Positions 10,174-20,580 of a DNA stretch of 64,000 bases are shown here, one piece after another. Position numbers and translations under genes: made by a program. The notes beneath the pieces were generated by a model, which did not search any database, had not been told where the DNA came from, and was given only the letters and a program-made list of their open reading frames with translations. How positions within the stretch are numbered: the first letter of the stretch is position 1; every line of letters begins with the position of its first letter. Origin of the DNA: an uncultured Oscillospiraceae bacterium (lineage in GTDB: Bacteria > Bacillota > Clostridia > Oscillospirales > Ruminococcaceae); assembly GCA_949737515.1 (NCBI GenBank), contig CATJCP010000201.1, forward strand, positions 471 to 64,470. The letters run 5' to 3'.

Positions 10174-10209
10174 ATAAAAACCGAAAGCGGACCTGCAGGA
10201 TGCAGGTCC
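10174..10209 (-). terminator. intrinsic terminator after the 1035-aa hydrolase gene
   Basis: GGACCTGCA-N3-TGCAGGTCC, then on the minus strand GCTTTCGGTTTTTA. Confidence 0.5.
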
Positions 10210-10252
10210 ACTAGTCCACTAAAACAGACAGATATTAAAAACCCTGGCCGCC

Positions 10253-13200
10253 TTAAATCCTGTAGATTCTGGGGGAACTGAGAATCCCCTTGTCGGAAAG
10301 GAAGTACTCATAATTCCAGAGGTCGTGGGTGGAACGCCAGGAGTCCGGCCCCTGGGAAAAGGGGATGGTCCCCAGATGGTGCAGAGGGGCAAAGGTATTC
10401 TGCCTGGTCCCATAGAGCTTAATGTCGATTTTATGTAACCCATCCTTCAGGCGATCCAGCTGGAGGGCATAGGGAGAGTAGATCAGCGGACCGCAGTCAG
10501 CGCCGTCCACCCAGACCCGCATCAGCGCGCCCCGGTAGTGGGGAACCCGCAGAACGCAGGGGCCTGTCTCCGCCTGCAGATGATAGGTGACATTGCCGCT
10601 GTAAAAGGGCAGGCCCTGGGAGGTCCAGCTGCCAAAGGCAAGCTCCCGGACCGGGGAGGTGAGGGATTTTCTCACACCGGATACCCGTACGCCAAAGTCC
10701 CCCAGGAGATAACAGTATTCCACCCCTGTCAGCTGGTCGACAATGCAGGTAATATCCAGAACATTCTCCCCCTTGGCCAGGGGCGGGAGGGGGAAGGTCT
10801 GGATTGAGGGGTCGGTAAAGTACCCCATTGGGCGAATGTCCACGGGAAGGCCGTTTAATACTGCCTGAGAGGACAGGGGATTTTCCATGGCAAGGCGGCA
10901 GTCCGTCAGCTCCAGTTCGCTCTCAAACCGGAACCGAAGCGTCACCTTGTGGGGGGTGACGTCCGGGTGGGAGATTTGGTAGGGCTGGGGGATGGCACGC
11001 TTTCTTGGGGGCAGCCCCCATTGGGAGCGGCAGATGTTGTCCAGCCGCAGAATCTCCTCCAGCGGACGCATCTCGCCGCCGTCCAGGCTGTACTCCGCCA
11101 TATCCAGCAGCAGTACGTTGGGTTCGTCCAATGTGACTGGCACAGCCTCAAAGAAACGGCGGGAACCGGTCAGGACAGGCTCCAGATTTTCCGCCTTCTC
11201 TAGCCCCTCTAGGTGTCCGGGAATCAGATGGAGCAGCAGGCTGTCGTGCATATGCCACCGCCGCCGGAATAGAGTCCTTCCCTTTTGATAGGAGGCGGGG
11301 ATCCTGCGGACTGCGCCGGTTTGGGTGTCGTATTCTTCCAAGATGTATTCCCCTGTCAGGGAAAAGCGCAGGATCTCTGTCTCAAAGGCTTGGCCCACAT
11401 TAAACTTGATCCCCTGGTTGGGAATATCCACATCAGGGCTTTCCAGGCTGCGGACAGTGGCCAGGAACAGCCACTTTGACCCATCCTCCTCCCGGCGGAG
11501 GGTGTGGATCAGGTGGGAGGCCCTTGTGCCGTCTGGCAGCGCCGCGTCCACAAAGCGGATATCCTTTAAGTCCTGGGGAAGGGAAGCGCCGCCGGCTTCC
11601 CGCCTTTCGCTGGCCAGGTAGAGGCTCTGGACTTCACCGCTCTTGACCCCGTCCACATACTGGGGGCAGTCTCCGAGGAAGATAAGCCTTCCGCCCTGAT
11701 TCCGGAAGGAGGCGAGGCGCTCCAGGGTGGTGCGGCGCATGGTGTGCAGCCCGGGGACGATCACCACGTCATAGGCCATGCTGCCTACGGTTAAGGGATT
11801 TGACCCTTCCCCACACAGCTCCCGAAGCCTGGCTTCGCTGATAAAGTCAAAGTCGATCAGGCCGCGGAGCATGGTCTGAATAAGCCCCTGGAAGCGGTCC
11901 TCCAGATGCCGGATAGCGCTGCCGCTTTGATCCTTAGGGCCAAAATTTACCCAGAGGCTTTCAATGGGATGGATGACCCCCACCCGGACCTCCGGCCTTC
12001 CCCGAGTCAGGGCTGTGTTCAGCCGGGCAAAGTGGTCTTCCAGCAGGCGGCACTCCTTCCACCAGGGGGCCTGCCAGCCGATGGAGCCGGGATAATCCCG
12101 CTTGGCCTCCCCCTGCATGGTGTACCAGGCGTGGTGGGGGACGCGGAGGGTCACGCCGCAGGCAGCCTGCCAATCTCCCTGGAGCTTGAAGCTGCGGAAG
12201 TCAAAATCCCAGCCGGAGGCGCCATACAGCTCGCTCATCAGCCCCTCGGCCCCCTGCTGCCTTGCGGCGGACTGGGCCTGCTTGGCGGTGGAAAATTCCA
12301 GATGGTGTTTTCCCAGCACGTCGATGCCAGGCAGGTGGAACGCCCGGTAGCACCGCATGGCTTCGCCGCAGTGGATGGTCTGGCCGGTGAGGGTGCCCTC
12401 TCCCATCACATGGCCAGTAAAGAGGATGCCGTGGTCCTGGCACCAACGGCCCAGGGTATCGCAGAATGCCCCGACGAACCGTTCCGCAAGGTGGTCGTGG
12501 TACAGGTAGCGCAGCTGGGAAAAGCCGTCCCGGCGGTTCCAGATCAGTTCCGGGATGGCGGAGATGATGTCCTGTCCATATGCGTTGGAAAAGGTCTCGG
12601 CAAAATCGCCGGTCCAGGGAAGGAGGACCTCCCCCTCTCCGGAGGCAAAGGCCAGGGAGGTTTCCGCCATATACTGGGGCTCATCGGTGAACATGGCTGG
12701 GCTGACGTTTCCAAAGTACTCCCCGACAGCCTCTTGATAGCGGTCATAGGTGGTTTTGGCGAACTCCTCAATGGCCTTGGGGTTTAGGGAATCCACGTAG
12801 GTCTGCCGCTGCTCCGTGGTAGGGCCCTCGGCCACGAAATATGCTTGCCAGACAGCCCCCTTTGGGCTATCCCCTTTGGCGATCCGGTCTGCGGACAGGA
12901 GATATCCATCCCCGTCCAGCACCACGTCAAAGGAGGCAATGAGGCTGATGTCGCTGGGATGCTTGTCGCTGGGGAAGGAGGGAGCCCGGCCCTTTGGCGT
13001 TACGCACAGATACCGGCGGGTAAAGAGGGGATTCCGGGTGACAATGCCCCCCGCAGGGCCGGAGGGATACCGGTCCTCGTCGTAAAGCCAGGCAAACAGC
13101 CCCTCCTCCTTGGCCTTTTCGCAGCAGGCTTTCACGCAGTCCATAAACTCCTTGCCAAGGTAGGGGGTGGAGAGCCCGGCCCTGGCGTGCATATGGAAGC

Positions 13201-13360
13201 CGCCCATGCCCATTTCCTTAAAGCATTCGATCTGCCTTTGAAGTTCCCCGGGGTCCAGCTTGCCGTTCCACCCCCAGAAGGGGGCGGAGCGATACTCGGG
13301 ACCGGGGGTTTGGAATAGGGAAGACGATAGTCTTTTTTCAAGAGATTTTGGATAAAGCAT
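10253..13360 (-). CDS. large glycoside hydrolase-like protein (GH106-like/alpha-L-rhamnosidase-like; family assignment tentative)
   Basis: 1035 aa. N-terminus PEYRSAPFWGWNGKLDPGELQRQIECFKEMGMGGFHMHARAGL is typical of the TIM-barrel 'PFWxWN' hydrolases. GGAGGA RBS. Co-oriented with a GH78-like gene. Confidence 0.65.
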   Translation of the reverse strand: MLYPKSLEKRLSSSLFQTPGPEYRSAPFWGWNGKLDPGELQRQIECFKEMGMGGFHMHARAGLSTPYLGKEFMDCVKACCEKAKEEGLFAWLYDEDRYPSGPAGGIVTRNPLFTRRYLCVTPKGRAPSFPSDKHPSDISLIASFDVVLDGDGYLLSADRIAKGDSPKGAVWQAYFVAEGPTTEQRQTYVDSLNPKAIEEFAKTTYDRYQEAVGEYFGNVSPAMFTDEPQYMAETSLAFASGEGEVLLPWTGDFAETFSNAYGQDIISAIPELIWNRRDGFSQLRYLYHDHLAERFVGAFCDTLGRWCQDHGILFTGHVMGEGTLTGQTIHCGEAMRCYRAFHLPGIDVLGKHHLEFSTAKQAQSAARQQGAEGLMSELYGASGWDFDFRSFKLQGDWQAACGVTLRVPHHAWYTMQGEAKRDYPGSIGWQAPWWKECRLLEDHFARLNTALTRGRPEVRVGVIHPIESLWVNFGPKDQSGSAIRHLEDRFQGLIQTMLRGLIDFDFISEARLRELCGEGSNPLTVGSMAYDVVIVPGLHTMRRTTLERLASFRNQGGRLIFLGDCPQYVDGVKSGEVQSLYLASERREAGGASLPQDLKDIRFVDAALPDGTRASHLIHTLRREEDGSKWLFLATVRSLESPDVDIPNQGIKFNVGQAFETEILRFSLTGEYILEEYDTQTGAVRRIPASYQKGRTLFRRRWHMHDSLLLHLIPGHLEGLEKAENLEPVLTGSRRFFEAVPVTLDEPNVLLLDMAEYSLDGGEMRPLEEILRLDNICRSQWGLPPRKRAIPQPYQISHPDVTPHKVTLRFRFESELELTDCRLAMENPLSSQAVLNGLPVDIRPMGYFTDPSIQTFPLPPLAKGENVLDITCIVDQLTGVEYCYLLGDFGVRVSGVRKSLTSPVRELAFGSWTSQGLPFYSGNVTYHLQAETGPCVLRVPHYRGALMRVWVDGADCGPLIYSPYALQLDRLKDGLHKIDIKLYGTRQNTFAPLHHLGTIPFSQGPDSWRSTHDLWNYEYFLSDKGILSSPRIYRI

Positions 13361-13431
13361 TGTAAATCCTCCATAAATAAAAAGGGATTTGTAGGTAGAA
13401 GGGGAATATATTGGTCCAGTGCCCAGCGATA

Positions 13432-15546
13432 TTACGCCCCAATCCTCCGCAGCCAGTAAACCACATGGGAACCAAACCCATGGTTTAGGGAATGGGTTGG
13501 GATGCGCTTCTCCCAGATCGTCCCGGTAAGGGCAGCCATGGGGCCGAAGTAACCCTTGATCTCTTCTGCCAGCTGTCGATGCTGTCCATATCGGAACAGG
13601 GTCTCCAGCCGGAGGTGGACACCGATAAAGGCATTGGAGCCGTCAATCTGCGGGTATGGGTTTCCCTCTCCGCCCCGGTCCGGGCCAAATTGGGTCAGCA
13701 GCCGGTCCCAGAGAACGGGATGGCTTTGAGGGGTGGCGCCGCCGAACAGAAAGGCATAGTACTGGCAGCTCTCTGTGACCTCTCCGGTGTTTTTCAGTTC
13801 CCCATTCTCCCATATGGCGTTGTCGGTAAAGAACCCCTGCTCCTTGTCATAGGAGCGGTCCAAAAGCTTCCTTTGGAGACAGGCGGCTTTTTCCGCCAGC
13901 TCCGGGACGCCGTAAAGCCGGGACACTGTCTGAAGCATGGCGGCATACAGCATATTGGTGGGATAGTTTACATCCTTTCCCAAACGGTTGGAGCGGGAGG
14001 AATCCACAAAAATCCATGCGCCGGGCATTTCCAGCAGGCCCAGGCTGTTTTCGTGGGCTTTCATCCATTCCAACGCCTGAAAAATCTTTGGACGGTAATT
14101 TTGTATCATCTTCCCGTCTCCAGTGCGCTGAAGGTATTCCTCCAGCTCCAGGGCCAGCCACATGGCCCAGTTTGGGATGTAGCGCCCGTCAAAGTGGTCG
14201 GAGGGATAGCACATGGGGAACATCCCCTCTGGCTGTCCGGAAAAGTGCTCCGGTAAGAGGAAGTTTTCCAAAAAACTGCGCTCCACAGTGGATCTTCCGG
14301 TCAGGTCGTGCTCTACCCGGCCGGTAAAAAAGCTGTCGCAGAGCCATCCGGCCCGTTCCCGGTGGGGACAGTCCATATAAAGGTCCACTGCGTTTTGACA
14401 GAAGGTCTCCACCCCGGCGCTGTAAATCTGCCGGAGCTGGAAGTCATCGCTGTCCAGGGAGGAGCGGATGCCGGGGTACTTCACCTGGCGCAGCGAAACC
14501 TGGGAGATGCCGCAGCTGCCGTCCATTGCACATAGCTTTAAAAACTGCATGGTGTAGGGCTCAAAGGAAATCAGCCGGTGGACGCCGGGGCACAGCTCAT
14601 ATTTGACCGCGTTGGTGCAGTTGAGCCGGAGGAAATCCACATCCCCCTCTGTGAGTATCTCGTCGAACAGCAGGTACAGGGTGCAGCCTGTTTCGGTTTG
14701 GACTGTGAACTCCAGATGGCCGGTGGCGTTAAAGGGGAAGCGCAGGATGGCACAGCCGCCGCTTTCCAGGGAAACCCGCTTTTCCATCAGGCGGGTGCAG
14801 TGGGACAGATCAAAGGACAACCCCCGGCACTCCTCCGCCAGAAAGTTTTCCAGCTCCTCCACCGGGAAACCCATAATGGCGTCCCCGATTTTGGAGATGT
14901 ATTTATAATAGGTGTACGGACCCGGCTCACATCGGTCTGCTTTCCCCACCGCCGAAATCTCGACCGGGTACAGCGGCTGGTAATCGGGATACACGCCGCC
15001 CCGGTCCAGCAATTTTGCCTGAGGGTATTGGGACAGGGGGACCGGACTGCCGCTCCACCCAATATCCGAGAGCATGGGGGCATAATTGCCGTCAATCTGG
15101 TACTCCTCGCAAAAGGTCCTTTGGAAGCTGTACCTCTGGACTTTCCTGCGCTTTTGGGGCATCTGATAAGCGGAAAAGCCCGCTTTTCCCGTGGCGGCAA
15201 CAGCCTTTCCACCCTGTATCAGCTCCGCCTGAAGAAAGGAGGGCTGGAACAGCATGGCGTAGCCGTTGACCGCGTACCCTGCCGCGATGATGGCGATCAG
15301 GTTTTCCTCCCGGTTTAGGAAGGGGTCCAGACAGATTTCGTCAACACGGTAATACCCGTGAGGACCCCTGGAAGGTCCGCTTGCCGCCAGCTCCCCATTG
15401 ACCAGGAGCTGATAGCCTGTGCTGACGGCAAGCCGCAGAAACGTCCCCGCCTTTTGGGGGGAAATGGCCCGGAACACGAGGAAATGATTCTTTTCGGTCT
15501 CTTTTCCCGCTTCCCAAACCGGCAGCGCGGATTGGAAGTTTGCCAT
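13432..15546 (-). CDS. GH78-like (alpha-L-rhamnosidase-related) six-hairpin glycosidase
   Basis: YMDCPHRERAGWLCDSFF resembles the GH78 DCPxRDER(L)GWxGD motif. N-terminal beta-sandwich followed by an (alpha/alpha)6-like region. AGGAGG RBS. Confidence 0.7.
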   Translation of the reverse strand: MANFQSALPVWEAGKETEKNHFLVFRAISPQKAGTFLRLAVSTGYQLLVNGELAASGPSRGPHGYYRVDEICLDPFLNREENLIAIIAAGYAVNGYAMLFQPSFLQAELIQGGKAVAATGKAGFSAYQMPQKRRKVQRYSFQRTFCEEYQIDGNYAPMLSDIGWSGSPVPLSQYPQAKLLDRGGVYPDYQPLYPVEISAVGKADRCEPGPYTYYKYISKIGDAIMGFPVEELENFLAEECRGLSFDLSHCTRLMEKRVSLESGGCAILRFPFNATGHLEFTVQTETGCTLYLLFDEILTEGDVDFLRLNCTNAVKYELCPGVHRLISFEPYTMQFLKLCAMDGSCGISQVSLRQVKYPGIRSSLDSDDFQLRQIYSAGVETFCQNAVDLYMDCPHRERAGWLCDSFFTGRVEHDLTGRSTVERSFLENFLLPEHFSGQPEGMFPMCYPSDHFDGRYIPNWAMWLALELEEYLQRTGDGKMIQNYRPKIFQALEWMKAHENSLGLLEMPGAWIFVDSSRSNRLGKDVNYPTNMLYAAMLQTVSRLYGVPELAEKAACLQRKLLDRSYDKEQGFFTDNAIWENGELKNTGEVTESCQYYAFLFGGATPQSHPVLWDRLLTQFGPDRGGEGNPYPQIDGSNAFIGVHLRLETLFRYGQHRQLAEEIKGYFGPMAALTGTIWEKRIPTHSLNHGFGSHVVYWLRRIGA

Positions 15547-15662
15547 ATAATACTCCTCCTTTTACAGGCAATTTTTGAACATACTGGACAATATTTTGAA
15601 TCAGTGCTATACTAATACAAATTCTATAACAGCTGAGAATGAAAGATACAGGAGGCCCGATC

Positions 15663-17783
15663 ATGCGCCAACGCTCTGAACTATTCCGGCGTTTTTTCCT
15701 TTCCTACATGCTTATTTTCCTGTTCCCCGTCTGTGTACTGGGCATCCTGGGCGTGGTGCAGATCAACCGCAACCATCAAAAGGAGCAGCTGGCTCTCCAG
15801 ACTGTAACCCTGGAAAAGGACATTGAAATCCTGAACTTTGAGCTGGAAAAGCTGAACAACCTCACAGCCTCTATTTCAACTTATAATGAACTTTCCCCGT
15901 CCCAACGGTCCCGAAGCAGCAATTCCCCTTATAAAGTGATGCGCTTTTTGGGGGACCAGGTCTACTCCAATCTGCTGGTCAGCGGCATCTACATCGTATT
16001 TCCGGCGGACAACAGGGTTTACACAGATATAGGCGTCTTTAACGACGGGATTTTTTTCCGGGAGTACTTCCTCTGCAAGCAGCACACCTTCCGGGAGCTG
16101 GAGGAGCTGTGGCAGCAGGAAATTCCCTTTTTTATTGACGACGTATACTCTCAGAAATCCTCAGAGCGGCGCACGGTTGTATATAGCTGCCCCCTTCAGG
16201 GGGTCAATGCCGGGGAAGGGTATATCCTCTATACCATCGACTACCAAAAGCTGAAAGACCTCTACTCCTTTCTTCCAGAGGGAATTGACATCTATACCGC
16301 CATCGCCAAAGAGGACACCCTGTTTTTCTTCGACTTTCCCACATGGGAGGATGCGGCCCGCTTTGTGGCCCAGGGTGAGGAAAAACAGCTTTGGAATGAG
16401 AAAAGTTATTACCGGATCTCCGCCCTTTCCCCAGAGAGCGGGGTGACGATGGTGCGCCTGGTTTCCAAGGCCATGACCACCAATGCCCGTACCTCCAGCC
16501 GGTGGAGCGCCTTCCTGATTGGGCTGCTGATGCTGTGCTGGCTGGGCGCCCTGGCGGTGTCGCTGCTTTCCCGGGCTGTTTACCGCCCGATTCTGCGGCT
16601 GGCACAAACGGCCAACCTCCTTGTGGGGGAGAACGCCTCAGAGAAAAACGAGCTGCGCTGCGCGGAGCAGGCCATGCTCCAGCTTCACAAGCAATATGGC
16701 CGTTCCCAGCGGGACAGTATGCTGCTGAGCCTGCTGCACACCGAATACCGCAGCCTGGAGGAGCTGGAGCATTCACCGGCCCAGGTGGTTTTGGGCTGGG
16801 CGGGATATTGTGTCTGTATTGTGGAGAACTCCAGCCCCGCCTCCCTGGCAGAGGAGCTCCGCCCCATCTGTTCGGTGGTGGACACCGCCGGGCTTGGGAA
16901 TAACCGCCATGTGCTATTGTTTTCCCTTTCACAGGAACAGGTCCCGGACTTTGAGGGGAAACTGCTCCGGACGGTTTCCAATCTTCCCAACTGCGGCCAC
17001 ATTGGGATTGGGCGGGTGTGTACCGACCCTCTGAAAATTTCCACCAGCTACCATCAGGCGCAGAATGCCTTTCAAAGTTCAGTACAAAACCAGGGCCCCG
17101 CGCTGTATAATGCCCTTGACACCCTTTCGGCGGCGGAGAAATTTCCTCAGGATGAGATCAATGCTCTGTTTCAGGCCATTGTCTCCCGCAATGCAGGCCA
17201 GACGGAGCGCATTTCCCAGTCGATTCTCCAGTCCCTGCGGGAAGAAAAGATCAGTATGCTGTTTGGCATCTCCCTTTGCTATCATCTGATCAACCGCTGT
17301 TCCGCCGCCCTGGAGCAGGCTGGGCTGGACAGCTCCGCATTGGTGCAGAAGCATTCCCAGTTTTTTGTTTCGCCCTCCAGCCGCTCCTTTGGAGAGCTGC
17401 TGGAAACCGCCGAATCCATCTGTCGGGATATCGCGGTTATGCTCCGGGAAAGTGCTCCGGCAGCCCCCAGCGGGCCCGTCCAGTCGGTGCTGGCCTACAT
17501 ACATCAAAATTATCAGAATTCCAACCTGACTGTGAAATTGATTGCCATCGAGCATGGGATGTCGGTTTCCAACCTCAGCCATCAGTTTAAGAACAGCATG
17601 GGGGTGAACCTGTCTGAATACATTGACCTCCTTCGTCTGACACAGGCCCGCAGGCTGCTGACGCAGACCAACGCCACCGTGGAGGCGATTGCCCAGGAAT
17701 GCGGGTTTGGCTCCTCTGTCAGTCTGATACGAAAGATACGCCGCTATTACGGTATGACCCCCACTGAATATCGGAACTTGTGA
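15663..17783 (+). CDS. membrane-anchored AraC-family transcriptional regulator (sensor-type)
   Basis: N-terminal TM (FFLSYMLIFLFPVCVLGILGVV) and a second TM near aa 290. C-terminal dual HTH: LTVKLIAIEHGMSVSNLSHQFKNSMGVNLSEYIDLLRLTQARRLL...VEAIAQECGFGSSVSLIRKIRRYYGMTPTEYR. Start ATG 15663 follows ACAGGAGG. Confidence 0.85.
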   Translation: MRQRSELFRRFFLSYMLIFLFPVCVLGILGVVQINRNHQKEQLALQTVTLEKDIEILNFELEKLNNLTASISTYNELSPSQRSRSSNSPYKVMRFLGDQVYSNLLVSGIYIVFPADNRVYTDIGVFNDGIFFREYFLCKQHTFRELEELWQQEIPFFIDDVYSQKSSERRTVVYSCPLQGVNAGEGYILYTIDYQKLKDLYSFLPEGIDIYTAIAKEDTLFFFDFPTWEDAARFVAQGEEKQLWNEKSYYRISALSPESGVTMVRLVSKAMTTNARTSSRWSAFLIGLLMLCWLGALAVSLLSRAVYRPILRLAQTANLLVGENASEKNELRCAEQAMLQLHKQYGRSQRDSMLLSLLHTEYRSLEELEHSPAQVVLGWAGYCVCIVENSSPASLAEELRPICSVVDTAGLGNNRHVLLFSLSQEQVPDFEGKLLRTVSNLPNCGHIGIGRVCTDPLKISTSYHQAQNAFQSSVQNQGPALYNALDTLSAAEKFPQDEINALFQAIVSRNAGQTERISQSILQSLREEKISMLFGISLCYHLINRCSAALEQAGLDSSALVQKHSQFFVSPSSRSFGELLETAESICRDIAVMLRESAPAAPSGPVQSVLAYIHQNYQNSNLTVKLIAIEHGMSVSNLSHQFKNSMGVNLSEYIDLLRLTQARRLLTQTNATVEAIAQECGFGSSVSLIRKIRRYYGMTPTEYRNL

Positions 17784-17816
17784 AAAAGGCGCGCCATCGG
17801 CTGGTGCGCCTTTTCA
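17783..17816. terminator. bidirectional terminator between the AraC gene and the SBP gene
   Basis: AAGGCGC-N13-GCGCCTT flanked by an A-run and TTTTCAG. Confidence 0.55.
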
Positions 17817-17876
17817 GTTCTATTTTACCTGTTTTTTTACTGGCTGTAAAGTGGCCGTTGTTAGGCGTTAGGGAAC

Positions 17877-19568
17877 TTATTTGGGCTGACGGTCATACAT
17901 TCCCTGGTAAATGGCCACATAATCGTCAACCTTCAGCTTCTGGAGCTGGTTGAGGTGCTCCTGCCACTTTGCGTCGTCAATGCCGTTGGTGACAGACTCC
18001 GCGACAAAGGATTTCATGTAGGTGTCAATATCTGCAAACAGCAGGGTGATTTCCTTGGTGACGTCCGAGCTTTGGAGCAGGTCGGTGTAGATGATCTCCT
18101 TCTGGAAATAGGGGGCGTAGGCGTCCGCGGTTTCAACCTTGCGAAGCGTCAGTGGGTCAGAGCTGATGTCGCGGCCCTCGTCGAAGACGTAGAGGAACGC
18201 GGTCTCTCCCATAAACCCGGTGGTGAAGCGGAATTCATCGTTGTTGTTGTAGCCTGGGGCCGCGGGGTCAGTGATGCGGGTCCAGTTGGTTTTCCCCTCA
18301 TCAGCCCATTTCCAGCCCACATTTTCCGCGCCCTGCCGCCAGTTGAGGAACATGGTTACATCGCTCATGCAGTAGTCCATCCAGCGCAGCAGGGGAGCTG
18401 GATCCTGGCAGGCGGAGGTAATCATATTGCGCATGGCGTAGGTGGAGGAGTTGTCGGAGCGGCGGGTCAGCTGGTCGCCGTTAGGCCCTTTCAGGGGGAG
18501 AATATGCTGGTAATTGTCGATCTGCCCGGCGGCAACGGTGTTGCCGATGGTTCCGGCAGAGAGGACAAAGTACACCGGAGGGTCGGACAGGCTCTTGGAG
18601 TTGTACTGCGCCCGGGGCTGAGAAAAGCCTTCGGTGTCCATCAGGCCGGCGGCAAACAGCTTGTTAAGGTACTTCAGGCCCTCATAGAACCGCTCATCGG
18701 CAGGCGCAAAGAAAACCTTCCCGTTTTCGACATTGTTGTAATGGGACGTATTGATGACGCCGAAGGAGCCAAACATAGACCGGATGGAAAAGCCCCCCAG
18801 CTCGCTGAACCCAAAGGGGATTTCGTCCACCGCGCCGTTGCCGTTCAGATCTCCGGCCTCCTTTGCCTTCATCAGAACCTCATAGAATTCGTCGGTTGTG
18901 GTGGGCATGGACGCCCCTAGCTTATTCAGCCATTCGGTGTTGATGTACAGGGCGTCGGATAGGATACTCCAGGGGCTGGAGTCCTCGCCGGTGGGCAGGG
19001 AATAGATTTTGCCGTCAGGGGCGGTGATCTTTGCCTTGATCAGGGGGTTTTTCTCCAGGAAGGCGTTGAGGTTGGGCATATACTTGGACAGCATCTCGTC
19101 GGTGACCTCCATCAGCGCCCTGCTGTTGGGGACAATGTCCACATTGCCGAAGATCGCGTCAGGCAGATCGCCGCTGGCGAATACAATGTTCACCCTGTCG
19201 GTCCAGCCGGAGGCGGGAACCTCCATCCAGTCAAATTGGACATTGGTTGCCTTTTCCGCCTCCTTCAGGATTTCCTTTTCTGAGAAGGACGAGCTTTTGT
19301 CCAAAGCGGACTTGCTGACCATAACCGAATACTTTACAGGATCCTTGACAATGGGGAGGCCCTGGAGATACAGGTTGCCCTCCATCTCGGGGGCGGCCTC
19401 CGACGGGCTGCTGGAGGCAGAGGAACTGGGGGCGGGAGAAGAAGCTGCCGCAGGCTGAGAGGAAGACTGCTGGCTGCTGGAACTGTCCGGGCTGGAGCAG
19501 CCAGCCAGGGAAGCGCAGACTGCTGCCGCGAGGGCCGCTGCCGCAAATCTTTGTTTGGTCTGTTTCAT
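17877..19568 (-). CDS. extracellular solute-binding lipoprotein (LplA-type, carbohydrate ABC importer)
   Basis: Signal peptide plus lipobox AAAVCASLAGC-SS, Ser-rich linker, 563 aa, typical of large family-1 SBPs. Confidence 0.9.
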   Translation of the reverse strand: MKQTKQRFAAAALAAAVCASLAGCSSPDSSSSQQSSSQPAAASSPAPSSSASSSPSEAAPEMEGNLYLQGLPIVKDPVKYSVMVSKSALDKSSSFSEKEILKEAEKATNVQFDWMEVPASGWTDRVNIVFASGDLPDAIFGNVDIVPNSRALMEVTDEMLSKYMPNLNAFLEKNPLIKAKITAPDGKIYSLPTGEDSSPWSILSDALYINTEWLNKLGASMPTTTDEFYEVLMKAKEAGDLNGNGAVDEIPFGFSELGGFSIRSMFGSFGVINTSHYNNVENGKVFFAPADERFYEGLKYLNKLFAAGLMDTEGFSQPRAQYNSKSLSDPPVYFVLSAGTIGNTVAAGQIDNYQHILPLKGPNGDQLTRRSDNSSTYAMRNMITSACQDPAPLLRWMDYCMSDVTMFLNWRQGAENVGWKWADEGKTNWTRITDPAAPGYNNNDEFRFTTGFMGETAFLYVFDEGRDISSDPLTLRKVETADAYAPYFQKEIIYTDLLQSSDVTKEITLLFADIDTYMKSFVAESVTNGIDDAKWQEHLNQLQKLKVDDYVAIYQGMYDRQPK

Positions 19569-19637
19569 CTTTTAAATTCTCCTTTTTTCAACATCCGGCC
19601 CATGAAAGCCAGGCTGTTGTATTTGGCAGACTGGCGT

Positions 19638-20564
19638 TTATCCTTTGATGCCGCCAATCATAACACCCTTGACAAAGAATCGCTGGATAAACGGATACAG
19701 AATCAGCATGGGGACAGAACAGACAATGATGATTCCGTATTTCATGGTCTCCGCCAACCGGAGGGCTGCCTGAACCGCATGGGGATCTCCGTCGGTGCTG
19801 GAGGCCATGGCCTGGCTGACCAGAAGCAGATCCCGTATGATCAGCTGGAGGGGGAAATACTCCTGCTTGGAAAGATAGATCAGGGCATTGAAGAACCCGT
19901 TCCAATATCCCACTGCCGAATAGAGGGCGATCACGGCGATAATGGCCCCGGAAAGGGGAATTACGATTGAGGTGAAGAAATGCAGGTTGCTGCATCCGTC
20001 CAGATGGGCGGCTTCCAGCATTTCCTGGGGGATATTGGAGACAAAGAAGGAGCGGGTGATGATAATGTCATATACGGATACGCACCCCAAAATCACCATA
20101 ACAGCGGGCTTATTCACCAGCCCAAGGCCCTTGACCACCAAATATGTGGGGATCAGGCCGCCGGAAAAATACATGGTGAAGACCATCAGCTTCATGATAA
20201 TGCCCGCGCCGGGAAGGTCCTTCCGGGAAAGGGCATATCCCGCCGGTATTTTGCAGAAAAGGGAAAGGGCTGTTCCCAAAAGGGTGTAGATAATTGTGTT
20301 GCGGTAGCCGGTCCAGATGCGCTTTTCGTTGAAGATGGCCCGGTAGGTGTCCAGGTTCACCCCCTTTGGAAGCAAGAGGGTCTGGCCGCTGTTGATGGCT
20401 ACCGGGTCGCTGATGGAGGCGGTTACCACAAAATACAGGGGATACGCTACAATCAGAGAAAAAATACCAAGTATGATATATACACATATATCGAAGATCA
20501 AATCGCTGCGGGTCAGGTGGACGCGGTTGCTTTTTGAGGCAACGGCTGCGGAAGTCTGCGGCAT
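19638..20564 (-). CDS. carbohydrate ABC transporter permease (LplC/YtcP-type)
   Basis: Six hydrophobic segments and EAA loop LEAAHLDGCSNLHFFTSIVIPLS. Confidence 0.9.
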   Translation of the reverse strand: MPQTSAAVASKSNRVHLTRSDLIFDICVYIILGIFSLIVAYPLYFVVTASISDPVAINSGQTLLLPKGVNLDTYRAIFNEKRIWTGYRNTIIYTLLGTALSLFCKIPAGYALSRKDLPGAGIIMKLMVFTMYFSGGLIPTYLVVKGLGLVNKPAVMVILGCVSVYDIIITRSFFVSNIPQEMLEAAHLDGCSNLHFFTSIVIPLSGAIIAVIALYSAVGYWNGFFNALIYLSKQEYFPLQLIIRDLLLVSQAMASSTDGDPHAVQAALRLAETMKYGIIIVCSVPMLILYPFIQRFFVKGVMIGGIKG

Positions 20565-20580
20565 ATTTCTTCCCCCTTTC